From Lepidodermella squamata (Eukaryota; Animalia; Gastrotricha): DNA of 64,000 nt. Made by a program: the position numbers and the translations under genes. The notes under the pieces are model-generated. The model was not told the DNA's origin, searched no databases, and saw nothing but the letters and a program-made list of their open reading frames with translations. The stretch is taken from positions 372,001 to 436,000 of the forward strand of contig JBLDXI010000058.1 in the NCBI GenBank assembly GCA_047495785.1. The letters run 5' to 3'. Below are positions 23,004 through 31,672 of this stretch, piece by piece; within the stretch, counting starts at the first letter, position 1; each line of letters begins with the position of its first letter.

Positions 23004-24074
23004 ATGCCAATTCAAGAACTAACAATTCTGGAGCAAATTGAAATTCTGAAAAATTTGGAAAAGGAAGAAAGTCAATATAATCAAAATATTGCTCTTACAA
23101 CAGGTGATACATATACTCTGAAACATAAATATAATATAAAAACAGATTTGGATCCTTTAGCTTCAATAGAAAATGTGATCAAGCAACGACCGATTGTAAA
23201 TTCCATTGAAAAACTCAACGAGAATTTGACTAAAATAAAACCTGAAGCAGTTATTCAAGAATTTATCAAAGAAATTAAACCAGAATTGAAAATCAAAGAA
23301 GAGCCAATAGAAATTGAGATCGAAAATGAAAGTGCTCAATCAGATAGATATGATTTTAAAGAAGATGTAATAATAAAGAATCAATTTCCATTACTGAACG
23401 ATATTAATGACGATGAATATGAAGATATCATTGAGAACGTGGGTATTTATAATAGACAAATTTTAGCGCCAAAGTTATCTGCCCTAACTAGAGCTGGGCA
23501 TAAAGATAATGAAGAATATAAATCAATCAAATCTGAAATTGAAGAATTGAAAAAATATAGAAAAGCTCTTGAGAACAAGATGAGCGAATCTTTCTATGGT
23601 AAAGGAATTACGTTAACAAAACCAATACCAAAGAATTTGATGAAGTTTGGAAGGTATTATGCTAGAATAAAAGATCTTGATAAAAACGAGTTATGCATAA
23701 GAAAGAAAAATAATGGAATAGTGTTCAATATGAAAATTACGGATGGAGTTAAAAATCTATTATTCAAAAATTATGATCCTAAGAAATATAAGTATACAGA
23801 TGCCGATATCAGCATGTATAAAGATATTTTAGAAAGAACTCGATATGAACCTAAGAAGCATTCCAAACTAAATAAAATTATCAGTGGAGAATCTTTATTT
23901 GTGAATTTGAAAGATGCGAAGACGAGACTGTTACATTGTATTGGTGAAATTAGAGCTGGTAACAATAACACAGAAATTAAAAATGAATTAGTTTCTATTG
24001 CTGATTTACTTCTGAAGAATAAAAATATTTCGGATGAAGAATATAAAAATGTTTGTGAATTCGCCAACGCGTGA
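23004..24074 (+). CDS. Conserved Polinton hypothetical protein (C-terminal AGN motif)
   Basis: RLLHCIGEIRAGNNNTEIKNEL motif typical of Polinton structural-module genes; FYGKG possible protease site. Confidence 0.65.
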   Translation: MPIQELTILEQIEILKNLEKEESQYNQNIALTTGDTYTLKHKYNIKTDLDPLASIENVIKQRPIVNSIEKLNENLTKIKPEAVIQEFIKEIKPELKIKEEPIEIEIENESAQSDRYDFKEDVIIKNQFPLLNDINDDEYEDIIENVGIYNRQILAPKLSALTRAGHKDNEEYKSIKSEIEELKKYRKALENKMSESFYGKGITLTKPIPKNLMKFGRYYARIKDLDKNELCIRKKNNGIVFNMKITDGVKNLLFKNYDPKKYKYTDADISMYKDILERTRYEPKKHSKLNKIISGESLFVNLKDAKTRLLHCIGEIRAGNNNTEIKNELVSIADLLLKNKNISDEEYKNVCEFANA

Positions 24075-24128
24075 GAGATGGCGTGTTTGCAATATTTGCA
24101 AACTCGCAAATATCTAACTAAATAATAA

Positions 24129-24872
24129 ATGAGTGTAATATTTTTACCGTTAGAAAATAATCAAAATAATAAGTCATCACAAAATAATACTATAGATCGT
24201 TATCTTAATCAGAAGATCAATTTTTCAGGAAGGAAAATAGCTCTTTCCTATATTCATTTTTACGATACATTCCATAATGTTTCTGGAAAATATAATAACA
24301 ACAAATTAAAATACATTACAGAAGGTGAAACATTCGAGGTTACATTTCCTGATGGAACCTATACTTATAAAGATTTTGATAATTATGTACACTTCTCCAT
24401 GAAAAAGAATAATCACTATTCCCTGGATAAGGAATCAGGGGTTGAAATTTATCCAATAAATCTCATGGTAAATAGTGTATATTCTTGTCTTAGCATTAGA
24501 ATATCAGAGAATTTTAGTCTTGTAGTAGAATCAGATGGGATTTCTAAATTTTTAGGAATCGAAATTGGAAATTATGATACTGATTTCAATTCTCAAAAAA
24601 TTCCAGATATAACAATGGGTTTCGATACTTTATTTGTACATTGCAATGTTGTTGATAATTCAATTATCCCTGAATATAATACAGTCATTTTTACATGTCC
24701 AATGAATAGAAAATTTGGTGAACATGTTAATATCACTCCGAATGAAAAGAGATATTTGGATTGTAATAACGCATATACTCAAAATATAAAAATATGGTTG
24801 ACTAATCAAGATGGAATACCTATAAATTTTGTTGAGAACAAATGGGGAATAGGATTGGATATTATTTCATGA
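24129..24872 (+). CDS. Minor capsid protein (penton, single jelly roll)
   Basis: FHNV...FPDGTY...LFVHCNVVDNS...IWLTNQDG.PINF pattern. Confidence 0.85.
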   Translation: MSVIFLPLENNQNNKSSQNNTIDRYLNQKINFSGRKIALSYIHFYDTFHNVSGKYNNNKLKYITEGETFEVTFPDGTYTYKDFDNYVHFSMKKNNHYSLDKESGVEIYPINLMVNSVYSCLSIRISENFSLVVESDGISKFLGIEIGNYDTDFNSQKIPDITMGFDTLFVHCNVVDNSIIPEYNTVIFTCPMNRKFGEHVNITPNEKRYLDCNNAYTQNIKIWLTNQDGIPINFVENKWGIGLDIIS

Positions 24873-24893
24873 AATTTCTAGTTTGATAATACA

Positions 24894-25205
24894 ATGAAAC
24901 AGAAATCTAAAAAAGTTTATATTCAGGGTAGAGGATTTGCTGAAGTAAGTAGGCAATTATTGGGGAAATTAATTAGCATAGGTAGAGAACCAGTTCAGTC
25001 TTTATTAAATTCTGCTTTGAAATCTGGAAGTGAAACAGTAGGTGATAAATTGGGAAATTACGTAGCAGATACAATTACTGAAAAATTAATTCCTGATTCA
25101 AAACAAAATATAAAAGCCATCGAAGAATTAGAAAATAAGATTAAAAAAGAGATTGCTAATTATAGTTCTGGTAAAGTCGTCGGTAAAGGATTTAAGAAAA
25201 TCTAG
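24894..25205 (+). CDS. Small virion core protein (pVII-like)
   Basis: IQGRGF and VVGKGF adenain-type sites; lies between the two capsid genes. Confidence 0.6.
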   Translation: MKQKSKKVYIQGRGFAEVSRQLLGKLISIGREPVQSLLNSALKSGSETVGDKLGNYVADTITEKLIPDSKQNIKAIEELENKIKKEIANYSSGKVVGKGFKKI

Positions 25206-25219
25206 TTATACAATAAAAA

Positions 25220-26599
25220 ATGTTACAACAGGAAATAATAAACAATATTTTTGAAACTACTGAAATTGATGATAGATTATTTGAGAAGAAGGTATGGACT
25301 GAAACTCCAGCACAAAACTTTATACAGGATAGTCAGAGCCAACCAAATAAATTAATATTTTCCACAATCAATTTGAAAGATAATTTTCTATTAGTTCGTG
25401 AAGGATATATTGAATTCCAATTACACTTTGTTAGAAATAATGCTAAGGATTTTGCAGCTACTGATAAATACGCTATTCGTAATCATGTACTAAGTTTGTT
25501 CGAATCAATTGAAATTCAAATTTCAGACAGTGATCATAAAATTGAAGAATTAAGATTTACTGAACATTGGGCAAATATAAATTTCCTATTAAAATGGAGT
25601 AAAGAATATGCTGAGACGTATGGAGAAGAATCTTTATTCTCTAGAGATTGTCCATTACCAAGAGCATTAAGAACACTTAGCGAAGATGTAACAGCTGATT
25701 CATTTGATGGATCCAAAGCTACTGCAAATCATGGTCTTATTGTACGGAATACATTTGTGAAAAGTAACCAATTGATATGTACTCTGTTCTTGAAAGATTT
25801 ACCATTTTTCAATTCATTCAATGGTATTTTCACTAAATCAAGATTTAGAATTATATTAACCCCAAATTACAATAAAAGTTTAATTTATGTTATTGCTGAT
25901 GCCGCCACAGGTGAAACTGCTGGCATGACATATAAAATATCGAAAGCAAATTTGATGATACCTGAAGTTACCCTTATGAATAAAAATAAATTAGAAGTTT
26001 TAGAAAAATTCAATTCAGGATTTACGAAAGTACATAAATGGATGTCGATCGAACCATTTCAATCGCAACAATTTGCAAATAATATTCAGAATATTCAGTG
26101 GACAGTTTCAACTGAGATAAAAAAGCCTAGTTATATTTATTTAGTATTAATTCCAGATTATACTGATACTGAAATGCCTAAAAAATTAAACCAGATATAC
26201 AACATATGGAACATTACTTCATATTCTTTATTGATTAATAATAAGGAAGCTTTTAATGAATCAAATGTTAGTTTCAATTCATTGAAAGCTCATAAACTAT
26301 ATCAATATATAAAACAGAATATGTCACAATCTGGTGATAGAGAAAGTTTGAATATAGGAACACAAATTTCTTATCTTGATTTCTGCAATTTGTATAGAAT
26401 ATTATGTTTCAATCTAAATGATATCGATGCAAGTTCAATATATAATTCACGAGCTGATAATACTTGCTCAATTGTTTTCAAAGCTACTGTTGGAGCAGTT
26501 AATAAACCATTAGTAATTTATAGTTTTATTGAACGTGAAAAAGAAATTGCATTTAATTATAAACAGGGAACTTTGGACATATCACTGCGTAGTCTGTGA
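25220..26599 (+). CDS. Major capsid protein (double jelly roll)
   Basis: 459 aa, beta-rich, expected position in the module; motifs SLFESIEIQI, KPSYIYL, YRILCFNL. Confidence 0.82.
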   Translation: MLQQEIINNIFETTEIDDRLFEKKVWTETPAQNFIQDSQSQPNKLIFSTINLKDNFLLVREGYIEFQLHFVRNNAKDFAATDKYAIRNHVLSLFESIEIQISDSDHKIEELRFTEHWANINFLLKWSKEYAETYGEESLFSRDCPLPRALRTLSEDVTADSFDGSKATANHGLIVRNTFVKSNQLICTLFLKDLPFFNSFNGIFTKSRFRIILTPNYNKSLIYVIADAATGETAGMTYKISKANLMIPEVTLMNKNKLEVLEKFNSGFTKVHKWMSIEPFQSQQFANNIQNIQWTVSTEIKKPSYIYLVLIPDYTDTEMPKKLNQIYNIWNITSYSLLINNKEAFNESNVSFNSLKAHKLYQYIKQNMSQSGDRESLNIGTQISYLDFCNLYRILCFNLNDIDASSIYNSRADNTCSIVFKATVGAVNKPLVIYSFIEREKEIAFNYKQGTLDISLRSL

Positions 26600-26648
26600 T
26601 CATTTCACTGCGTAGTCTGTGAACATTTCACTGCGTAGTCTGTGAACA
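26582..26648. repeat. 23-bp tandem repeat x3 overlapping the MCP stop codon
   Basis: TCACTGCGTAGTCTGTGA(T/A)CATT at 26582, 26605 and 26628. Confidence 0.9.
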
Positions 26649-26670
26649 GAAAATCTAGTCTCCCAATAAA

Positions 26671-27291
26671 ATGAGTAAATATTTCGAATATGAATTACCG
26701 TTGACTGATAATCAAATCCAAAAATTACAATCTGCTATAAATAATAAGAAAAGTACCACCTTACAAATAAGTAAAAAAGATATAAATAAAAATACTGATT
26801 TGAGTAAATTATTACTTACCAAATCTCAAATTAATAAAATAGAAAAACATAAAGCAAAAAATAGCGGAGTAGAAATAACTTTTAGTATCTCTCAGTTGAA
26901 AAAGAGTCAAACAGGAGGCATGATTCCGGTATTACCAATTTTAGCTAAAGTTGGATCTATTGCCGCACCATTGGCATTATCTGCTGTATCTGGTTTAGTT
27001 AATTCTGCTACAAATGCTCTTGGTAATAAACTTGTTGGAAATGGAGTAAACGAATATATGAATCTTAATATTCCAAAGAATGATTTGATTCAAATTATAA
27101 AATTTATTGATGTTTTAGAAAATAAAAATATTTTACCAGGTGGATCAAAATCCGCAACTGAAAAAGATGTTGAGCAAAATGGAGGTGCTTTTGTATTACC
27201 TTTAATTGCTAGTTTATTAGGTACATTTTTACCTACATTGTTCAATCAAAAAGCTGCTGGTGTTTATTTACCATGGGAATCAAAAAACTGA
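26671..27291 (+). CDS. Core protein with two adenovirus pX(mu)-like segments
   Basis: QTGG-MIPVLPILA and QNGG-AFVLPLIASLL: GG site followed by a Pro-containing hydrophobic run. Confidence 0.7.
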   Translation: MSKYFEYELPLTDNQIQKLQSAINNKKSTTLQISKKDINKNTDLSKLLLTKSQINKIEKHKAKNSGVEITFSISQLKKSQTGGMIPVLPILAKVGSIAAPLALSAVSGLVNSATNALGNKLVGNGVNEYMNLNIPKNDLIQIIKFIDVLENKNILPGGSKSATEKDVEQNGGAFVLPLIASLLGTFLPTLFNQKAAGVYLPWESKN

Positions 27292-27728
27292 GCAGCTTCT
27301 TCCCACTTTCTAATATTCAAATAGATAGGATAATGATAGAGAAAGTGGGAAGAGCTTATAAAGGATGTTTTCCACGTGATAAATTGCCAATGTTTTTAAA
27401 AAATGGGTATTATGTTATAAATTTAGATAATGAATCTGGAACACATTGGGTATGTATGAAAGTAACTGAAAGCGATATAATATATTTCGATAGTTTTGGA
27501 TTTATTTGTCCTAATGAAATAGTTACAAGGAAAGGTAATAGAGATATATATTATAGTACTCACGAGATTCAAAATATGAATTCGGTTGCATGTGGATTCT
27601 ACTGTATCTATTTCTTGTGTGAAATGTTCAGAGGGCGAGATAAACTTGACATACTACTGGATTTCGAAAATAACAACAGTATGCATAATGATAAAATATT
27701 ATTAAAATGGTTTAATGGAAATTTCTAG
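27273..27728 (+). CDS. Adenain-family cysteine maturation protease
   Basis: INLD..SGTHW, YFDSFG, IQ.MNSVACGFYC (His/Asp/Gln/Cys). Confidence 0.93.
   Translation: MGIKKLSSFFPLSNIQIDRIMIEKVGRAYKGCFPRDKLPMFLKNGYYVINLDNESGTHWVCMKVTESDIIYFDSFGFICPNEIVTRKGNRDIYYSTHEIQNMNSVACGFYCIYFLCEMFRGRDKLDILLDFENNNSMHNDKILLKWFNGNF
27282..27356 (+). promoter_or_regulatory. Putative -1 programmed ribosomal frameshift signal
   Basis: In-frame A_AAA_AAC at 27282-27288 directly before TGA; perfect 14-bp stem 27298-27311/27340-27353; protease is in the -1 frame. Confidence 0.75.
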
Positions 27729-27741
27729 TTATTATGTAAAA

Positions 27742-27873
27742 ATGTTTTGCATGAAGTGTAGAAAAGTTACTAAAAATGTTAATGAACAAATAATTATAAC
27801 GCCTAACAACCGAAAAATGATTAAATGTGTATGTGATATATGTCAAACCAAGAAATTTAAATTTATCAAATAA
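27742..27873 (+). CDS. 43-aa zinc-ribbon protein (DUF5679-like), below the ORF-track cutoff
   Basis: MFCMKCRKVTKN...NNRKMIKCVCDICQTKKFKFIK; preceded by the TCTAG motif. Confidence 0.75.
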   Translation: MFCMKCRKVTKNVNEQIIITPNNRKMIKCVCDICQTKKFKFIK

Positions 27874-27903
27874 ATATTTAAACTTATTTTACTTTTTTAT
27901 TTT

Positions 27904-28404
27904 ATGGAGCGTTCGAACTCTGAGTTAGAACAAGAAATTTTTTATTTGTATCTTAAAACAGATAGAAGTGAATCTACAATAGATCTATACACTAAATTCA
28001 TGGTATGCGAATATTGTAATATTGATTTACTTCTAGATTATCACAATTATTATAACATTTGCCCTAACTGTTGTAGATGTTATCCTTATTGTGATTACAC
28101 ATCTAAATTAAAACTATACACTCCACCGTATAAACGGAAATGGCACATGATGACAGTAATTAGAAAAAATAATTATAAAATAAATGGTCAAGAATTAAGA
28201 AGAATAATGGAGACGTATATAGAAATGGATAGATTATTTTTCAAAAAATATCCTAAGCAAAATATGGTTTATATACCATATGTTTTAAAGTTTATTTGTT
28301 TGAAATTAGGATATGATCATATAGCTAACAATATTAAAATAAATAAAAAATCAGCAATATTATCAAAATGGGAAAATAAGTTAAATCTAGTATTTAGTAA
28401 ATGA
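27904..28404 (+). CDS. VLTF3-like (poxvirus/NCLDV late transcription factor) protein
   Basis: CEYC...CPNC zinc ribbon, YKRKWH motif, KQNMVYIPYVLKFIC..LGY C-terminal pattern. Confidence 0.65.
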   Translation: MERSNSELEQEIFYLYLKTDRSESTIDLYTKFMVCEYCNIDLLLDYHNYYNICPNCCRCYPYCDYTSKLKLYTPPYKRKWHMMTVIRKNNYKINGQELRRIMETYIEMDRLFFKKYPKQNMVYIPYVLKFICLKLGYDHIANNIKINKKSAILSKWENKLNLVFSK

Positions 28405-29153
28405 AAAAATCAAGCTCTATATTTATTCCAGCTGAATGGAAATCTAATTTCAAAGTAAATGAAAATTATATTCGTAGTGATGGTTCTATACCTTTTATTA
28501 ACAATTTGAATATGAATAACAATAAAATTAAAAATGTTAAGGATCCAATACATAATCAAGATGTTGCAAATTTAAAAACTGTTGTTGAAGAGAATTCTAA
28601 ATGTATGAAAGCATGCGAAGAAAATTTTGAAAAATTTAAAACCAATGTAATTAATGATGTGACGGAAATTAACAGAAAGATAGAAAATTTAGTTACTGAT
28701 ATAGTTAAAGTTAATAAATCAATTACCAGTTTATCGAGCGGAAATAAAAATCGAGATACACATCTTGTTTATGGACATGATGTCATTACTGGTAACAAGT
28801 TTTTAGTATTTGATAAAATGTTAATTGTGCATCCCCATGTAAACGACATCGACTGTTATTCAGAAGACGAAGTCGATATTGGGTCGTTCATTTTTACAGA
28901 GAATGTTTTATGTAAAATAAAATTATGGATATCGTTTATTAAGAATGAAAGTAGCTCCATTTCTATCTCACTACAAAAGAATGATCAAGTTATTGGGAAT
29001 AAATATTTTACTTATACACAAACTGGAGAAACAAGATTTGAAAATGTGGAAATAATTATTGATTTTGCAAAAGGTGACAGATTCAGATCACAATTGGTTA
29101 CAAAAAGTTCAGTAACTTGTGATTTTTATTTGAAAATATCTAGTTTAATATAA
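28401..29153 (+). CDS. Putative fiber/spike protein
   Basis: DGS...NLNMNNNKIKNVKDP...QDVA fiber-shaft/neck motif, coiled coil, beta-rich C-terminal head. Confidence 0.55.
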   Translation: MKKSSSIFIPAEWKSNFKVNENYIRSDGSIPFINNLNMNNNKIKNVKDPIHNQDVANLKTVVEENSKCMKACEENFEKFKTNVINDVTEINRKIENLVTDIVKVNKSITSLSSGNKNRDTHLVYGHDVITGNKFLVFDKMLIVHPHVNDIDCYSEDEVDIGSFIFTENVLCKIKLWISFIKNESSSISISLQKNDQVIGNKYFTYTQTGETRFENVEIIIDFAKGDRFRSQLVTKSSVTCDFYLKISSLI

Positions 29154-29154
29154 A

Positions 29155-29745
29155 ATGACTGAAAATAATATATATCCTTCTGCCCCGCGATTAGAAAATC
29201 ACAGTTCACAAGAATTTAGGATAAGTGAACTGAAGAAATTAAAAGAAACATTAAAGAATGAGATTGAATTAAGAATGAAATGTTATCATAAATATAAAAA
29301 AGCATCAGATGCTTTAAACGGATTAAATATTGGTTTAACATCTGTTTCCATCGGATTAGGAGTTGGTGGAATAGGTCTGCTTGCTACTGTAATAAGTGCA
29401 CCTATAGTTATTATTCTCGAGGCTATTTCACTTGGATCTGGATTGGTAGGTATTGGCATGGGAATTGGAGCTTCAAAATTGACTGGAAAAGCCGAAAAAC
29501 ATGAAAGATTATGTACTCTTGCAATAAGTAAACTAAATTCAATAAATGATTTAATATCCAAAGCTCTTGAAGATAATTATATAAATGACGTAGAATATTC
29601 AATTATAGTAAAAGAATATGAAAAATACTTAGAAATAAAATCTCCAATGAAAAAGGAATTGGAAACTAATTTTATATCTAATGATGAGGTAAAAAAAGAA
29701 CTGTTAATGAAGTTAAAAGAATTTCAATTAAATTTAAGGAAGTAA
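29155..29745 (+). CDS. Conserved Polinton membrane protein (Gly-rich hydrophobic hairpin)
   Basis: IYP...FRISEL...KYKK, two Gly-rich hydrophobic helices, SKLNSI.DLISKALED..I.D.EY. Confidence 0.7.
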   Translation: MTENNIYPSAPRLENHSSQEFRISELKKLKETLKNEIELRMKCYHKYKKASDALNGLNIGLTSVSIGLGVGGIGLLATVISAPIVIILEAISLGSGLVGIGMGIGASKLTGKAEKHERLCTLAISKLNSINDLISKALEDNYINDVEYSIIVKEYEKYLEIKSPMKKELETNFISNDEVKKELLMKLKEFQLNLRK

Positions 29746-30078
29746 GAATTCATTTTCACCCCCAAAAGCACGAACGGGATAGTCAAAAATCACTCGTTTT
29801 GAAGACGGATTCACAACTTTCGTTTGACTCAATTTTGGCAAATTATTCCTTTTCGGGGAGACCTCCTCCCTACGCTTTTTAACGGATTTGGTTTCATCTA
29901 CTTCTCTAAAATCTATATAATATAATCTGAATCCGATGTAAGCACAAATTACAATAACCACGAAAATACATGTATACTTTATCATTTGACGCAATTCCAA
30001 GTTGTTTATGTGGGCTGCTTTAACTATCTCTTTTGAGTGAAGCAACATTTCCTCACAATAGCTGCAAGAGTTAATCAT
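29734..30078 (-). CDS. Small single-TM hypothetical protein
   Basis: TM segment YTCIFVVIVICAYIGF. Confidence 0.55.
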   Translation of the reverse strand: MINSCSYCEEMLLHSKEIVKAAHINNLELRQMIKYTCIFVVIVICAYIGFRLYYIDFREVDETKSVKKRREEVSPKRNNLPKLSQTKVVNPSSKRVIFDYPVRAFGGENEFLLP

Positions 30079-30089
30079 TTTTATTATTG

Positions 30090-30455
30090 TTATATACTTT
30101 CCCTTAGATTTTTCATTTCTTCAAGAAATTTTTCCATATCTAATTTAGTTTTCTCTCTTCTTTCTTTTAGTCGTATTTTCTCTATTTCTGTTTGTTTTTC
30201 ATATTCTTGTTTAGCTGATAGAAGCTGATTGTAAAGTAATTCGTATTTCATCTTTTCTTTTTCTGTTTGCATCAGCTTTTTCTCAATTTCTTTCGCGCTT
30301 CCTTTCTTAGTTTCCTCCAATTCCGTAATATGTACTTTCAATGTTCTAATTTCGTTCGATAAGGTTCTTATGTCTTGCTTAAGCTTGTACCCATATTCGT
30401 CATACTCATCCAAGATTTCGTTCACATCAGTTGTTTTTAAATATGTATCCGGCAT
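30090..30455 (-). CDS. Coiled-coil hypothetical protein
   Basis: 121-aa E/K-rich heptad pattern. Confidence 0.55.
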   Translation of the reverse strand: MPDTYLKTTDVNEILDEYDEYGYKLKQDIRTLSNEIRTLKVHITELEETKKGSAKEIEKKLMQTEKEKMKYELLYNQLLSAKQEYEKQTEIEKIRLKERREKTKLDMEKFLEEMKNLRESI

Positions 30456-30469
30456 TTCTGTTTTTATAG

Positions 30470-30808
30470 TTAACTCAGAAATTTATTTTTTCTTTTCAAT
30501 AAAAATTCTTCCTTTGTCACAAGATTGATTTTCGGAATTAGGTTTGGGTTATTATCTAAACTCGAAGCAGAAGATTCTAGCCCTGACGGTGTTTTTACAT
30601 TCGCTTTTGACTTTTCCTGCAATAGATTGACGCTAATATTACTTCCTCCCTTTTGCGTCATACTGTTTGTTTTCTTCGCATGATAGAAAATCGTTCCCCG
30701 GCTTATGTTGTATTGCTTTGCTATTTCATCTATTGTATTGGCTGAATTCTCGTAATCGTGTAGAAATTTTCTTTTTGTCTCATCACTAATTCTTGGTTTA
30801 CGGGTCAT
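30470..30808 (-). CDS. HTH DNA-binding protein
   Basis: TIDEIAKQYNISRGTIF helix-turn-helix. Confidence 0.7.
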   Translation of the reverse strand: MTRKPRISDETKRKFLHDYENSANTIDEIAKQYNISRGTIFYHAKKTNSMTQKGGSNISVNLLQEKSKANVKTPSGLESSASSLDNNPNLIPKINLVTKEEFLLKRKNKFLS

Positions 30809-31320
30809 CCTTTGTAATATACATTAAGAAAATTATTTTATACTTTTATACTTTTGTACTTTTATACTTTTAAACATTTAAACATTTAAACATTGAACAA
30901 ACATTTCTATATTCTTTGCTTTACAGGTCATCTTTCATAATATACACTACGAACTTTTGTACTTTTGTACTTTTAAACATTTGTAAATTTGTACATTTGA
31001 ACATTTAAACATTTAAACATTGAACAAATAATTCTATATCCTTTGCTTTACGGGTCATCCTTCATAATATCCACTAAGAAAAATTTTATACTTTTGTACT
31101 TTTGTACATGTGTAAATTTGAACATTTGTACATGTGTACATTTGAACATTTGTACATTTGAACATTTAAACATTTAAACATTTAAACATTGAACAAATAA
31201 TTTTATATCCTTTGCTTTACGGGTCATCCTTCGTAATATCCACTAAGACAAATTTTAAACTTTTGTACTTTTGAACTTTTGTACTTTTGTACTTTTGAAC
31301 TTTTGAACTTTTGAACAAAA
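30795..31320. repeat. Subterminal composite repeat array
   Basis: Four copies of TTTAC(G/A)GGTCATC..TAATAT separated by CTTTTGTA and AACATTT micro-repeats. Confidence 0.85.
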
Positions 31321-31325
31321 AATTG

Positions 31326-31593
31326 CACACCGCTCTAAAACGAGTAAAAACTGGTTTGGCAATCAGCTACAATCAATTTTTTGAAAAAATGAAAATTTAT
31401 TTTAAAAAAATTATTTTTCAGCTTTTAGGATGGTCTAAACGGTGAAAAAATGCGTTTCAGGCGGTGTTTAATCGATCCTCAGAAGATATGTTTTACGGCG
31501 AAAAATTGCGAGATGTGCTATGATTGGAGAAGAAATTTTTATTTTTATGAAGAATTTTCAGGTGTACCTATAGTCCCGCAATATATTACTACT
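31326..31593 (-). repeat. Right terminal inverted repeat
   Basis: Ends ...ATATATTACTACT; inverted match to 11305-11572. Confidence 0.95.
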
Positions 31594-31672
31594 AGGAATC
31601 ATAGTTATTTTCTTTTTCTCCGCTTAGTGATATGCTTAAATTCAGCGGGCAGTCCCGCTCGTCTGAGGTCGT
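31594..31672 (-). pseudogene. 5' fragment (about 80 nt) of 28S rRNA truncated by the Polinton
   Basis: Identical to 43464-43542 of the intact copy. Confidence 0.93.

Larger units (their letters stand above)
11305..31593. mobile_element. Polinton/Maverick (adintovirus-like endogenous virus), apparently full length
   Basis: 268-bp TIRs with AGTAGT/ACTACT termini; pPolB, RVE integrase, A32-like ATPase, adenain and two capsid genes. Confidence 0.97.

Noticed and set aside
26582-26648. Short direct repeats resembling a CRISPR array (also 13779-13993)
   Set aside because: Head-to-tail tandem units with no unique spacers, no cas genes, eukaryotic context
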